Shown: one piece after another, positions 1 to 10,846 of the stretch | Layout: each line of letters begins with the position of its first letter | How positions within the stretch are numbered: the first letter of the stretch is position 1 | NCBI GenBank assembly: GCA_937974135.1 | Contig: CALJIH010000289.1 | Location: forward strand, 1 to 48,556 | Direction of reading: 5' to 3' | Source of the DNA: an uncultured Cocleimonas sp. | GTDB taxonomy: Bacteria > Pseudomonadota > Gammaproteobacteria > Thiotrichales > Thiotrichaceae | DNA length: 48,556 nt | Translations under genes and position numbers: made by a program | The notes under the pieces: model-generated | What the model saw: the letters and a program-made list of their open reading frames with translations, nothing else | Databases searched by the model: none | Told to the model about the DNA's origin: nothing

Positions 1-71
1 GCTGGTTTAAATATAGTTCTTTTATGAGAAAAAACAGGAATATTTTTATAAAAATTTATCAGAAAAATTAT

Positions 72-1034
72 TCATACAAGTTTATCTTTAGGTGGCTTGT
101 TAGCGATGATTGCATCTAGGTTATCAATCGCTCTAAAGCCCATCTCATTGCGGGTTTTCAAGGTTGCACTGCCGATATGTGGGAGCAAAAACGTATTTTC
201 CAATTGTTTGTATCTTGGATCAATATTAGGCTCGTCGTTAAAAACATCTAATCCTGCTGAAAATAACTTCCCCGATTTTAATGCGGAAATTAAATCATCA
301 TCGTTTATAACCGCTCCTCGAGCAGTATTTACCAGAACGGCATTATCCGGAAGCAATGCTATCGACTCTTTATTAATAATGTGGTGCGTATCTGGTGTTG
401 CCGGGCAATGGATAGAAAGAAAATCACAATGTGGGAAAAGTGATTCGATGTTATCGTGATAGGTTGCTCCCATTTCTAAGTCTGGTGTTAGACGACTGCG
501 ATTGTAATAATGGATTTCCATATCAAAACCACGCGCACGTCTTGCCATGATTTGGCCTACACGACCCATGCCCAATATACCTAGTTTTCCCCCTGACACT
601 TGTTTTCCTAATTGGAAAGTAGCCCCCCAATCCGCCCATGAATCGGTTCGAATTTGTGTCTCACCTTCGTATTCTCTACGCGCAGCACCGAGTAAAAGTA
701 ACATGGCTATTTCAGCCGTAGCATCATTGAGTACATTAGGTGTATTGGTGACTTGGATACCTTTTGCTTTTGCGGCTTGAATATCAATGTGATCGTAGCC
801 CACTGAAAAACAACATAATGCTTTAACGCTATCTGGTAGTTGTTGAATTAGCGCAGCATCCATTTTTTCCGTATGACAAGGAATGATGGCAACTGCACCT
901 TGTGACAATTTTAAGATTTCATCTTGAGTATAAATTTTATCGCTGGTGTTTAAACGAACATCATAATTTTGAGATAAACGTGCTTCGACGTCGTCTGGTA
1001 ATTTTCTAGTGACAAATACAGTTGGTTTAGACAT
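72..1034 (-). CDS. D-2-hydroxyacid dehydrogenase (glyoxylate/hydroxypyruvate reductase-like)
   Basis: GILGMGRVG Rossmann motif, VNTARG, AGLDVFxxEP, LLPHIGSAT; ATG at 1034 is preceded by GGAG (ORF track starts at 1061). Confidence 0.9.
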   Translation of the reverse strand: MSKPTVFVTRKLPDDVEARLSQNYDVRLNTSDKIYTQDEILKLSQGAVAIIPCHTEKMDAALIQQLPDSVKALCCFSVGYDHIDIQAAKAKGIQVTNTPNVLNDATAEIAMLLLLGAARREYEGETQIRTDSWADWGATFQLGKQVSGGKLGILGMGRVGQIMARRARGFDMEIHYYNRSRLTPDLEMGATYHDNIESLFPHCDFLSIHCPATPDTHHIINKESIALLPDNAVLVNTARGAVINDDDLISALKSGKLFSAGLDVFNDEPNIDPRYKQLENTFLLPHIGSATLKTRNEMGFRAIDNLDAIIANKPPKDKLV

Positions 1035-1113
1035 TAAGGAACTCCAATTGTAAAACACCATAGTCCTGCAAAAATGCTAACTACTTTTGAAACCATTAAA
1101 CGAAATACCGTTC

Positions 1114-1136
1114 AAAAGTGGAGGGGTGTCTTTTTT
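1114..1136 (+). repeat. REP-like short repeat copy (family A)
   Basis: AAAAGTGGAGGGGTGTCTTTTTT; a truncated inverted partner CTACTTTTGAA lies at 1081-1091. Confidence 0.8.
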
Positions 1137-1141
1137 ATCTT

Positions 1142-1172
1142 AAAAACCCCTAATAGTAGGGGGGTGTCTTTT
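1142..1172 (+). repeat. REP-like short repeat copy (family A)
   Basis: AAAAACCCCTAATAGTAGGGGGGTGTCTTTT. Confidence 0.85.
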
Positions 1173-1178
1173 GGGCTG

Positions 1179-2441
1179 CTAAAGTATGTTTTTAAAAGGC
1201 ATTATTTCAACTACATCACCTTCATTTATACCATTGGATTCTACAGGTAGATGAATAAAGCAGTTTGCCAAGCTCATCGACATTAAGATTCCTGAGCCTT
1301 GTTTACCCGTAAGTTTTACCTCTAATTCACCATTATCAGATTGAGAAACAATCGCACGAATAAATTCAGTTCTACCAGGACGTTTTTTTATGGCTTGCAG
1401 ACATTTGGCTTTGATCAGAATGTCAGACGTTATCGAACCGCTAGCGAGATAGTTAATCGCGGGTTGTACAAACTGCATAAATGTAACCATCACAGCGACA
1501 GGATTTCCTGGTAACCCAAAAAACCATGAATCATGATAGCTGCCAAAAGTCAGAGGACGCCCTGGCTTCATCGCGATTTTCCAAAAGTGGGTGTCACCCA
1601 ATTTTTTCAAGGTAGGTTTAATAAAGTCAGCTTCGCCTACTGAAACCCCACCTGAGGTAATCACAATATCTGCTAAATCTGCGGCTTCGATAAATGCTTG
1701 TTCAATCGCTTCTTTGGTGTCTCGAATAACACCAAGATCGATGATTTCGACGTCGAGATTTTTTAACAACGCGAAAAGTGTATAACGATTGCTATCGTAA
1801 ATATCTCCCTCATTTAAGGTTTCGCCAATAGATTTTAATTCATCACCTGTGGAGAAAAATGCCACTCGCGGACGTCTCAAAATATCCACTTCACCTTTGC
1901 CTAAAGAGGCGATAATGCCAAGATCAGCAGGGCTTACTCGATGCCCTTTTTTGAAAAGTGTGGCGCCTTTTTCAATATCTTCTCCCGGATAGCGAACATT
2001 TTGTCCAGCACGTTGTTGAGTATCAATATTAATGCTGCCATCTTCAGAAATATCTACCACTTCTTGTGGTACTACCGTGTCGGTTGATGACGGCATAACC
2101 GCGCCTGTCATAATTCGAATCACGGATCCCTTGGTATAAACTTGATCAGTTGGTATGCCGGCAAAAGATGCCCCAGAAACTTGATATGATTGTGATTCAT
2201 TAGTGGGTAAGTCTTCTCCAGCAAGTGCGTAGCCATCCATAGCAGCATTTATGTGTGGAGGAACGTTGATGGGGGAAATAACATCTTTGGCTAAATATTG
2301 ATTAAGCGCATCACGCAAAGCTACCTTTACACTGCCTTGTATAGGTACGATTTTATCTAAAATTGTTTGTTTAGCAGCTGCAACACTAATCGCATCTGCT
2401 TCAAAAGGGTCAAGACAACTAGGAGGTTTATTCTTACTCAT
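1179..2441 (-). CDS. moeA: molybdopterin molybdotransferase MoeA (Mo/W insertase)
   Basis: AAMDGYA, RIMTGA, STGDEL, SGGVSVGEAD, MKPGRP, GLPGNP motifs. Confidence 0.95.
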   Translation of the reverse strand: MSKNKPPSCLDPFEADAISVAAAKQTILDKIVPIQGSVKVALRDALNQYLAKDVISPINVPPHINAAMDGYALAGEDLPTNESQSYQVSGASFAGIPTDQVYTKGSVIRIMTGAVMPSSTDTVVPQEVVDISEDGSINIDTQQRAGQNVRYPGEDIEKGATLFKKGHRVSPADLGIIASLGKGEVDILRRPRVAFFSTGDELKSIGETLNEGDIYDSNRYTLFALLKNLDVEIIDLGVIRDTKEAIEQAFIEAADLADIVITSGGVSVGEADFIKPTLKKLGDTHFWKIAMKPGRPLTFGSYHDSWFFGLPGNPVAVMVTFMQFVQPAINYLASGSITSDILIKAKCLQAIKKRPGRTEFIRAIVSQSDNGELEVKLTGKQGSGILMSMSLANCFIHLPVESNGINEGDVVEIMPFKNIL

Positions 2442-2980
2442 GCTTTTATTTTAGGATACATTGTTAATAGTTTGTGCTCGATGAAATCTGCTATTTGTTG
2501 CGGTTGGTTAATGTCCAGTTGATCTATTTTGCAAAGGTCTTCAATTTCATGATCAGAAGCAATGGCGATAATATTTGTATCGTTTGGATATAGATAAGGT
2601 TTGCCAAGTGCTTCTCGATGTAACTCAATTTTCGAAAATTTTGCGGCTTTAAAGCCTTCTACCAAGACTAGATCTAAAGAACTTGTTTGTAGATTTGCTA
2701 ATGCATCTTCGAGAATTGGCTCATTAGTAGCTTCTGGTTTTTCGATGATAATCGCGGTTCGATTACGTGAGGCAACTACTGTCTGAGCTGCTCCAGCTTC
2801 GCGCAGCACATGGCTGTCTTTTCCAGGTTTATCAATATCAATATTATGATGCGTGTGTTTAATTATTCCGATTCGATAGCCTTTTTCAGTCAATAAAGGA
2901 ATCACTTTGCTCAACAACGTGGTTTTACCAGTGCCACTGAAAGCGGCAAAACCCATAATCGGAAGATGAAACTTAACCAT
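2438..2980 (-). CDS. mobB: molybdopterin-guanine dinucleotide biosynthesis protein B
   Basis: SGTGKTT P-loop, IKHTHH..DKPGKDS, LVEGFK. Confidence 0.95.
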   Translation of the reverse strand: MVKFHLPIMGFAAFSGTGKTTLLSKVIPLLTEKGYRIGIIKHTHHNIDIDKPGKDSHVLREAGAAQTVVASRNRTAIIIEKPEATNEPILEDALANLQTSSLDLVLVEGFKAAKFSKIELHREALGKPYLYPNDTNIIAIASDHEIEDLCKIDQLDINQPQQIADFIEHKLLTMYPKIKA

Positions 2981-3575
2981 GATTATTCTCTGTTGTTGTA
3001 TCTTGTTGACGTTGCTCTTCAGTATTCACATTAAAGAAAACTTCGGGTTTATCTGAGAAATCTGCGGTAGCCATAGTGTGTTTTGCGTACCAGCGATCAA
3101 TTTTGCGATCTCCGTCATTTAAAAAAGCTAATAAACTATCAATTAAGGATACTGGGATTAAGGCATGCACGGGTTGCAAACGTTTACCATCATGCGCAAC
3201 CACTATTGTCTCGTTATCCTTAACTTCTGAAACTAAACGTACCACATAATCATCAGGTAAATTTGGCCCATCGCAGGGCATGGTTAAAATAAATTCGGTA
3301 GTGCAAGATTGCATTGCAATAGCAAAGCCCGCTAAAGGACCTTGGAAATCGCTAAGTTCATCACTAATCACTTGATACCCTAAATCAGCATAGTGTTTTT
3401 GATTACGATTCGCGTTAATCAATACGGTTTCAACTTGTGGGGTAATTTTATCCAAAACATGATTGATCAGTTTTTTGTCTTGGTATTCAACTAGGCCTTT
3501 ATCTTGTCCGCCTAATCTTCTTCCTTGACCACCAGCGAGTATGACAGCGGTAATTTGCGATTTATTTATTGTCAT
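2973..3575 (-). CDS. mobA: molybdenum cofactor guanylyltransferase
   Basis: LAGGQGRRLGGQDKG, GPLAG, PCD, FFNVNT. Confidence 0.95.
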   Translation of the reverse strand: MTINKSQITAVILAGGQGRRLGGQDKGLVEYQDKKLINHVLDKITPQVETVLINANRNQKHYADLGYQVISDELSDFQGPLAGFAIAMQSCTTEFILTMPCDGPNLPDDYVVRLVSEVKDNETIVVAHDGKRLQPVHALIPVSLIDSLLAFLNDGDRKIDRWYAKHTMATADFSDKPEVFFNVNTEEQRQQDTTTENNHG

Positions 3576-3593
3576 TTTGGTTACCGTTGTATT

Positions 3594-4343
3594 TCATGAA
3601 ATCTGTTTGGATAACACTGTAATGTTGTTATCACTTTTATCCTTTATGTTTTGTGCTGATTCATTAAGTAAGTTTGTATCTGTTTGAACAATCCTACCCT
3701 CGTCTAATAATAACCGATGATTTGTAATTCGATGAAAGTGATTTGGATCATGACTGGCAATATACAAAGCCGTGCCTGATTCTTTGAAAGTAGAGAGTAA
3801 ATCTTCTGTGCGTTTGCGGGATTTAGTGTCCATATTTGCTGTTGGCTCATCTAGCAATAATACAGCTGGTTGTTTTAACCAGGCTTGGGCTAATGCCACG
3901 CGTTGTCTTTCACCACCTGATAAAAATTTCGCTTGGGTATTGGAACGATGTTCTAATTCGGCCCATTTTAAAGCCTTATCGACTGCTTCTTTAGCTTGGT
4001 CTTTATGTAAAGCATAACTAAGATTCTTGCGCACCGTGCCATCAAACATATAGGGTTCTTGGTATAGGTACATCACATCATTTTTAATCAAATTACGGTA
4101 TTTTTTCCAGTTTAAGGTGATTAAACCTGTTTCGATAGTGGCTTTATTAGGTCGAAGTAAGCCACCAATTATTCTTAACAGAGTCGACTTACCACTGCCA
4201 TTTTTACCAGTAATTAGAGTACATTCTCCACCTTTGATCTGAAGCTCTATATCACTCAAAATGAGTTTACTGTGATTGCCTTTGCCATAAGTTTTAACAA
4301 TGTTTTTATAGGTTAAATGGACTGGGCGCGTAATGCTAATCAT
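3594..4343 (-). CDS. tupC: tungstate ABC transporter ATP-binding subunit
   Basis: Walker A GKNGSGKS, LSGGE signature, LLLDEPT; ATG at 4343 overlaps the permease stop. Confidence 0.85.
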   Translation of the reverse strand: MISITRPVHLTYKNIVKTYGKGNHSKLILSDIELQIKGGECTLITGKNGSGKSTLLRIIGGLLRPNKATIETGLITLNWKKYRNLIKNDVMYLYQEPYMFDGTVRKNLSYALHKDQAKEAVDKALKWAELEHRSNTQAKFLSGGERQRVALAQAWLKQPAVLLLDEPTANMDTKSRKRTEDLLSTFKESGTALYIASHDPNHFHRITNHRLLLDEGRIVQTDTNLLNESAQNIKDKSDNNITVLSKQIS

Positions 4344-5040
4344 GAACCACCGTACCTTTACCCTGCATAACATGTAAACCCATGGTTAATAAAAATGCCA
4401 TAGAAACTAAGATGATTCCTAAGGCAATACCTTGCGCGAAATCACCTTTGCTGGTCTCCAGAGCGATAGCGGTAGGGATATTGCGGGTGTAATTTAAAAT
4501 ATTACCGCCGAGCATCATTGAAGCCCCCACTTCTGCAATTATTCTTCCGTAAGCTGCTAACAAAGCCCCTAGTAATGGAAAACGTACTTCGCGCATAATG
4601 ATAAAAAATGCTTTTGCAATAGAACTACTCAATGTTTTTGCGGTATCCCAAGCTCTTAATTCAGTCGATTGAAACGCTGCGTGACTCATCGCAACTAAAA
4701 TAGGGAAGCTCAAGGTTATTTGGCCTAGTACCATGGCTGTTTGGGTAAACAATAATTTCCAATCTCCAAGGGGTCCTTGCCGAGATAAAATTACATATAA
4801 TGTAAGACCTACTACTACCGCTGGCACAGCTAGCATTGTGTTAAAAAATGCGACTAAAAAACGTCTTCCAGGAAAGGAATAATAAGCTAACACAAATCCA
4901 AGCAACACAGCAGGAACCATTGCAATAACAATTGCAGTCGTGGATATTTGAAAAGATATCCCTATTATTGTCCAAATTTCTGGGTCACCACTCAGCAATA
5001 ATTTGATTGCATCAAATGTTGTGGTTGCTAACGATTCCAT
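4336..5040 (-). CDS. tupB: tungstate ABC transporter permease
   Basis: LSRQGPLG, EVGASMMLGGNI, IALETSKG; follows tupA. Confidence 0.9.
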   Translation of the reverse strand: MESLATTTFDAIKLLLSGDPEIWTIIGISFQISTTAIVIAMVPAVLLGFVLAYYSFPGRRFLVAFFNTMLAVPAVVVGLTLYVILSRQGPLGDWKLLFTQTAMVLGQITLSFPILVAMSHAAFQSTELRAWDTAKTLSSSIAKAFFIIMREVRFPLLGALLAAYGRIIAEVGASMMLGGNILNYTRNIPTAIALETSKGDFAQGIALGIILVSMAFLLTMGLHVMQGKGTVVHD

Positions 5041-5070
5041 TCTGTATTTTATTCAGTGTAATGGGCTTAA

Positions 5071-5925
5071 TTACGCTGCATCATCCTTCTTTAGTTCTGA
5101 TTTGGTATTTGGGATAAATAATACTTTACCAGAAATTTTAAATTCACCGATCAATGCTTGGCCTTCAGCAGATGTCATCCACTCGATGAAAGTTTGCGCA
5201 CCTTTAAAATTAGTGTCTGGGTATTTTTCTGGGCTTACGGCAATCATACCGTAAGGATTAAACAGCATAGGGTTTCCTTCAAAAATAATCGATAAAGGAA
5301 TTTTGTTCATATAGGCAAGCCATGTTCCTCTATCTGTCATGGTAAATGCACCTAACTCCCCCGCCATTTGTAGAACCTTACCCATTCCCTGACCAGCCTC
5401 GATGTACCAACGACCTGATTTTTTCAAGTGATCAATATCAGTTAATTTCCAAAGACTTAATTCCTTTTTATGCGTACCGGAATCATCACCTCTTGAAACA
5501 AACTTATCTTTATTTTTTGCAATTTCTTCAAGAACCGCTTCGATGGATTTTTTATCTGTAAAATTAGTCAGTGATTCTTGAGGGCCTACGATGACAAAAT
5601 CGTTATACATAACAGGATGTCGTTTGACGCCATGACCTTCTGCGACAAATTTTTCTTCTGCTTCCTTAGCATGAACAAGCATTAAATCTACATCACCATC
5701 TCTACCCATTTGTAGTGCTTTGCCTGTACCAACTGCAATGAAATGTAATTTGTATCCTGTTTGTTTTTCAAATACAGGAGAAAGATATTTTAATAAGCCA
5801 GAGTTTTCAGTGCTAGTAGTAGTAGCAATTCGAATGAGTTTTTGATCTTTTGAGAATGCACTGTTTATTGTAAAAGATAAAATAAATACAAGAAAAATAA
5901 GTGTAATTGTTTGCTTTATATTCAT
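5071..5925 (-). CDS. tupA: tungstate ABC transporter periplasmic binding protein
   Basis: signal peptide; TTTS motif (ATTTSTENSGLL) characteristic of TupA; SRGDDSGTH. Confidence 0.92.
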   Translation of the reverse strand: MNIKQTITLIFLVFILSFTINSAFSKDQKLIRIATTTSTENSGLLKYLSPVFEKQTGYKLHFIAVGTGKALQMGRDGDVDLMLVHAKEAEEKFVAEGHGVKRHPVMYNDFVIVGPQESLTNFTDKKSIEAVLEEIAKNKDKFVSRGDDSGTHKKELSLWKLTDIDHLKKSGRWYIEAGQGMGKVLQMAGELGAFTMTDRGTWLAYMNKIPLSIIFEGNPMLFNPYGMIAVSPEKYPDTNFKGAQTFIEWMTSAEGQALIGEFKISGKVLFIPNTKSELKKDDAA

Positions 5926-5984
5926 TAAATTACCAAAACATGAAAAGGTTTAGGGTTAGGAACTTTTAATTCTAGTACTTATTC

Positions 5985-6000
5985 AGCAATAACAATGCCA
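5985..6000 (-). promoter_or_regulatory. sigma54 -24/-12 promoter of tupABC-mobA-mobB-moeA
   Basis: minus strand TGGCATTGTTATTGCT (GG-N10-GC), 60 bp upstream of tupA. Confidence 0.85.
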
Positions 6001-6140
6001 ATATTTAAAATCATGCTGAAAAATGTTCGTAAATGGACTACGTTTAAGTACATATAAGGTTTTCTTAACTTTATATCAGTTAAAAATTGGTTTGAAATTT
6101 TTACAAAACAATAACTCTCGATCAAATAATGCAAATAAAT

Positions 6141-6155
6141 GAGACAAATTGTACC
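6141..6155. promoter_or_regulatory. candidate enhancer (UAS) for sigma54 activator
   Basis: GAGACAAATTGTACC, imperfect palindrome; 13 nt identical to the site at 15972-15986; about 140 bp upstream of the tup promoter. Confidence 0.6.
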
Positions 6156-6234
6156 AGTAGTTAGTTGTAATAGGGATTTTGTGGGATTATTTTCTGAAAA
6201 TTCCCTTGGTATGCCAAATATGAGGTAAATACGT

Positions 6235-7629
6235 GTGAGTGCACAAGCAGAGTCAATATCAGAGACTATAGAAAAGACATCCCATCTTTCTGGATTCAAA
6301 CGTAATTCTGTTTTGATTGTAGATGATGAGCAAGGTATTCGTAATTTTTTACAAAAAGGTCTGGAAAAAGTATTTGGTCTAGTTGAAGTAGCCGAAGATG
6401 TAGAAGAAGCAGAAGCGTTGAGACAACGCTGTAATTTTGATTTGATTATTTCTGATATTCGCTTGCCCAATAAGTCGGGTGTTGATTGGGTCACTGAAAT
6501 TCGAGATCAAGGCAGTACTGCTTCTGTTATTTTTATTACTGCGCATGCAAGTGTTGAAACAGCCATAGATGCAATACGAGTCGGTGCCAGTGATTTCATC
6601 ATGAAGCCTTTTAGAATGGATCAGATGATGGCATCAATTGAAGCGTGTCTTTCCCGACAACAAATCCAAAGGGAAAACATAGAACTCAAACGCCAAGTCA
6701 ATCAACTTTACGATAGTGGCATGATTGGTGATTGCGAGACCATGAAAAGCGTTTGCGCAGTAATTAAACAAGTTGCTCCGATGCCAACCACAGTTTTAAT
6801 TGGTGGAGAATCTGGTACTGGTAAAGAATTAGCCGCACGTGCTTTGCATGATTGGAGTGAACGTAAGGGTAGTTTTGTTCCTGTGAATTGTGGCGCTATT
6901 TCCGAAGAATTGATGGAAAGCGAGTTTTTTGGGCATACCAAAGGGGCATTTACAGGTGCGCAAAATACTCGTGAAGGTTTGTTTACTTATGCAAACGAAG
7001 GAACCTTGTTTCTCGATGAAGTGGGCGAAATGCCATTGTCGATGCAGGTCCATTTATTAAGAGTACTTGAAGAAAGGGTGATTCGTCCTGTGGGATCAAA
7101 TAGGCAGACACCTATTGATGTGCGTATCATTGCTGCGAGTAATCGTAATTTAGAAGAAGAAGTCGAAAAAGGGAATTTTAGACAGGATTTGTATTACCGT
7201 TTAAACGTGGTAAATGTTGAACTGCCTCCTTTAAGAGAACGTTTAGACGATATTCCAGCACTAGTGCAGCACTTTTCAATTATGTTAGCATCAGACTTAG
7301 GGGTCACACCTCCTGCTATTACAGGAGATGATTTATTTCACCTAAGAGATTACGATTGGCCAGGTAATATTCGAGAGCTAAAGAATGTAATTGAACGTTG
7401 TATTTTATTAAAACAAACCCCCACTCAATGCTTATCTGGAAATTTTGATGCTGCTAATAGTGATCAAAATAATAGTGTGGGAATACGTTTGGATGAAGTT
7501 GAAAAGTCGCATATCCTGAAAGTATTGGAAATGGAAGATGGCAATAAGTCATCTGCTGCTCGAATCCTTGGTGTTTCTCGAAAAACTCTGGAGCGAAAAG
7601 TTAAGGCTTGGAACGAAGCTAAGCATTAA
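6235..7629 (+). CDS. sigma54-dependent response regulator (REC-AAA+-Fis HTH, NtrC family)
   Basis: receiver domain, [31 protein letters not shown]-terminal HTH. Confidence 0.95.
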   Translation: MSAQAESISETIEKTSHLSGFKRNSVLIVDDEQGIRNFLQKGLEKVFGLVEVAEDVEEAEALRQRCNFDLIISDIRLPNKSGVDWVTEIRDQGSTASVIFITAHASVETAIDAIRVGASDFIMKPFRMDQMMASIEACLSRQQIQRENIELKRQVNQLYDSGMIGDCETMKSVCAVIKQVAPMPTTVLIGGESGTGKELAARALHDWSERKGSFVPVNCGAISEELMESEFFGHTKGAFTGAQNTREGLFTYANEGTLFLDEVGEMPLSMQVHLLRVLEERVIRPVGSNRQTPIDVRIIAASNRNLEEEVEKGNFRQDLYYRLNVVNVELPPLRERLDDIPALVQHFSIMLASDLGVTPPAITGDDLFHLRDYDWPGNIRELKNVIERCILLKQTPTQCLSGNFDAANSDQNNSVGIRLDEVEKSHILKVLEMEDGNKSSAARILGVSRKTLERKVKAWNEAKH

Positions 7630-7643
7630 TTTTCAATTGGCTC

Positions 7644-9734
7644 ATGCGAATTTTTAACGATATATCAGAAGCCATTCGCAATAAGGTTCGTTATAAAATT
7701 CTGTTCCTTGTGTTGTTTCCTATTTTATTGATTATGCCAATCGCTTTAGCTTTGGCAATCAATTGGGGTAAACAATTTACCTATCAACAATTATTCCTAA
7801 AAGTTCGGACTGACCTTAATGTATCTCACGATGCATTTGACCGGATTCGTGCTGATTATTTAAATAGTCTTGAACGACTCGCTGAATCGTACCGCTTCAG
7901 AGTCGCATTAGAATTGGGTAACGAAAATTCAATTCTTGAGCAAGTAGAAGAGCTCAAAACACAGAATCAATTTTCATTTTTAAATGTTATTGCCCCCGAA
8001 AATTCATCTTTATCGTTTCCAGAGAGTGTTTCTTCAAAACGCGAATCGTCATCATTACTCAGTGCTTATCAAGGACGAGCAAATGTCGGTATCGAAATAT
8101 TTTCAGCAGATGATTTGTACAAACTTAATCCTAAATTGCGAGATCAAGTACAACTGCCATTGCTAGATACTCCCAGAGCACGCCCCAGCAAAAGAACGCA
8201 AGAAGATCGTGCGATGGTAATACGTGCTCTTTACCCAATTAAAGATTCGCGTGATCAAATAATTGCGATTTTGGATGGTGGGGTATTTCTAAATGGAAAT
8301 TTTGAATTTGTAGATGCCATTCGTGATTTGGCTTATGCACCAAAAAGCTTACCCCCAGGAAGTATTGGCACAGTGACTGTATTTCTGGACGATGTACGTA
8401 TTTCAACTAATGTACCTTTGAATAAAGGGGAGAGAGCCTTAGGCACTCGAGTTTCCAATGAAGTGCGAACCAAGGTGTTAGACAATGGAATTACTTGGAT
8501 AGATAGAGCCTTTGTGGTGAATGATTGGTATGTATCTTCCTACGAACCAATTATTGATATTGATGGAAAACGGGTTGGCATGTTGTATGCAGGGTTTTTA
8601 GAAAAGCCTTTTCGCGATGAGCTATGGAATGCGCTAGCAGTCTTGATTTTAATGTTTCTGGGTTTGATGTTGATCTCCGCCTTAGCCGCAATTAGAGGAG
8701 CAAGGAGAATATTCAAGCCCATAGAGAAAATCAGTAATGTGGTACACGCAACTCAAGAAGGTAGCGCACTTCGAGTTGGAGCGATTCAATCAACCGATGA
8801 AATAGGTACTTTGTCCCGTGAGTTCGATGACATGTTGGATGAATTACAATTGCGTAATCGTGAAATCCAAGACTGGGCTGATTCTCTTGAGGATAAAGTT
8901 GAACTAAGAACGACAGAGTTAAAAAGTAAAAATCAAGATTTAGAAAATTCGATTAGTCTACTCCGCCAAACCCGCCAACAATTAGTCGTAGCAGAAAAGC
9001 TAGCCGCACTTGGTGAATTAACGGCTGGTGTAGCACACGAAATTAACAACCCTACCGCAGTAATGCTAGGCAATTTAGATTTGATCGTCGCTGAACTGGG
9101 TAAACATGCCAAACCTGTGCAACATGAAATTGACCTTGTAATTGAACAAATCTACCGAATTAAAGATATTATTAATCGACTTTTACAATACGCACACCCT
9201 GATAAATATTCTGGATACGTATCAACCATTGAAGTCAATGCACTCGTTGAAGATACCTTAGAATTAATAAACCACCTGCGCCAAGATAGAGCTATTAATA
9301 TCAATATGGAGTTAGCAGCGTCCCAATTAATTGAAATAAATCCTCAGGAATTGCAACAAGTACTTGTAAATTTATTGGTAAATGCGATTCACTCATTTCC
9401 CCAAAATGGTGGCGAAATAACGATCAGAACCTGTGATTGGAAACAAAAAGGGGTGATGATTTGTGTTATTGATAATGGTAAAGGTATTGAAAAAGACTCT
9501 TTGAAGCAGATTTTTAACCCGTTTTTTAGTACCAAAGGTCAGGGAGAAGGTACTGGATTAGGTCTATCTATCAGCTATGGATTAATTCGACGCTACGGCG
9601 GAAATATAACCGCTGAATCAACACTAGGTGAAGGATCTGAGTTTACCATTTGGCTATTAAGTGAACCCAAAATCATTGAAGATGAAGAAGCGATCGCTGA
9701 GCAATTAAGCGTTATTGAGGAATCTGTCATTTAA
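7644..9734 (+). CDS. sensor histidine kinase with periplasmic Cache-type domain and HAMP
   Basis: two TM helices, GERALGTRVS Cache-like segment, H-box AHEINNP, DNGKG, GTGLGLS. Confidence 0.92.
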   Translation: MRIFNDISEAIRNKVRYKILFLVLFPILLIMPIALALAINWGKQFTYQQLFLKVRTDLNVSHDAFDRIRADYLNSLERLAESYRFRVALELGNENSILEQVEELKTQNQFSFLNVIAPENSSLSFPESVSSKRESSSLLSAYQGRANVGIEIFSADDLYKLNPKLRDQVQLPLLDTPRARPSKRTQEDRAMVIRALYPIKDSRDQIIAILDGGVFLNGNFEFVDAIRDLAYAPKSLPPGSIGTVTVFLDDVRISTNVPLNKGERALGTRVSNEVRTKVLDNGITWIDRAFVVNDWYVSSYEPIIDIDGKRVGMLYAGFLEKPFRDELWNALAVLILMFLGLMLISALAAIRGARRIFKPIEKISNVVHATQEGSALRVGAIQSTDEIGTLSREFDDMLDELQLRNREIQDWADSLEDKVELRTTELKSKNQDLENSISLLRQTRQQLVVAEKLAALGELTAGVAHEINNPTAVMLGNLDLIVAELGKHAKPVQHEIDLVIEQIYRIKDIINRLLQYAHPDKYSGYVSTIEVNALVEDTLELINHLRQDRAININMELAASQLIEINPQELQQVLVNLLVNAIHSFPQNGGEITIRTCDWKQKGVMICVIDNGKGIEKDSLKQIFNPFFSTKGQGEGTGLGLSISYGLIRRYGGNITAESTLGEGSEFTIWLLSEPKIIEDEEAIAEQLSVIEESVI

Positions 9735-9818
9735 TGAATCATTTATTTTTTTCTTGAAAACGCCTAGCCTTGCATAATTTCTATTTACCTTTTTAAAAAC
9801 CAAAAAGTAATATCATTC

Positions 9819-9909
9819 AGCCGAGCCTTGGCGAGACAATGTTGGAGCGAAGCGACGACTACCCGAAGGGAAGGTTTGCAACACCGCCTAAAAGTAGGGG
9901 GGTGTCTTT
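9819..9909 (+). repeat. composite repeat: mini-hairpin body (family B) plus family A end
   Basis: AGCCGAG..GAGACAATG..GGAGCGAAGCGACGACTACCCGAAGGG..AAAAGTAGGGGGGTGTCTTT; homologous to 14408 and 16042. Confidence 0.85.
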
Positions 9910-10049
9910 ATTATATCTATATCTAATAAAAAGATATTTTATTCTAAATATATCGCTTTTATAGATTAATTTTTTGTATATACTTCGCCCATCGAAACAA
10001 ATTACACAACGTAATTTATTACATTTATAGAATATTAAAGGATTTACAC

Positions 10050-10715
10050 ATGTCAGAAGCATTAAGAATAAATGATTTAGCTCCAAATTTTACCGCTAAC
10101 ACCACTCACGGTGAGATTGATTTTCACGATTGGATTGGTGATAGCTGGGCTGTATTATTTTCACACCCAAAAGATTTTACACCAGTATGTACTACCGAGT
10201 TAGGTGAAGTTGCACGACTTCAAGACGAGTTCAAAAAGCGTAATGTTAAAACCATTGGTTTAAGTGCAGACTCAATTGAAAACCACTCTGAGTGGGAAAA
10301 AGACATCGAAGAGACTCAAGGATCAGCAGTGAATTTCCCAATGATTGGTGATGAAGATCTAAACGTTTCATTACTTTACAATATGCTTCCAGCGGACGAA
10401 GAGGGTGCAACTGAAGGTCGTACTGCAGCTACAAATGCGACAGTTCGTACAGTTTTTGTTATTGGTCCTGATAAGCTTATCAAGTTGATGCTAACTTACC
10501 CTATGGCTACTGGTCGTAACTTTGACGAGATTCTTCGTGTAATTGATGCAATGCAGCTAACGGCTAAGCATAAAGTAGCAACCCCAGTTAACTGGAAAGA
10601 TGGTGACGACGTAATTATCGTTCCTACTGTATCAAATGAAGAAGCGGAAGGTTTGTTCCCAGCAGGTTGGAAAACAATCAAGCCATACTTAAGAACAGTG
10701 AAGCAACCTTCATAA
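10050..10715 (+). CDS. 1-Cys peroxiredoxin (Prx6 family)
   Basis: FSHPKDFTPVCTTE motif, single Cys, GRNFDEILR. Confidence 0.95.
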   Translation: MSEALRINDLAPNFTANTTHGEIDFHDWIGDSWAVLFSHPKDFTPVCTTELGEVARLQDEFKKRNVKTIGLSADSIENHSEWEKDIEETQGSAVNFPMIGDEDLNVSLLYNMLPADEEGATEGRTAATNATVRTVFVIGPDKLIKLMLTYPMATGRNFDEILRVIDAMQLTAKHKVATPVNWKDGDDVIIVPTVSNEEAEGLFPAGWKTIKPYLRTVKQPS

Positions 10716-10735
10716 GCTCAAAAGCTTTTACAGAT

Positions 10736-10766
10736 AAAAAAAGCCCACCTTTCGGTGGGTTTTTTT
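10736..10766 (+). terminator. intrinsic terminator after peroxiredoxin
   Basis: GCCCACC-TTTC-GGTGGGT followed by a T-run. Confidence 0.9.
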
Positions 10767-10846
10767 ATGACTTTTTAGTATTCATTTTTTCGCTTTTAAA
10801 ATAGTTAAATCTCAAAACTCTGCTAATCTCAAGTTTTACTCTATAT

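Noticed and set aside
5979-6494. 171-aa minus-strand ORF
   Set aside because: Antisense shadow of the response regulator and its promoter region; no recognisable motifs.
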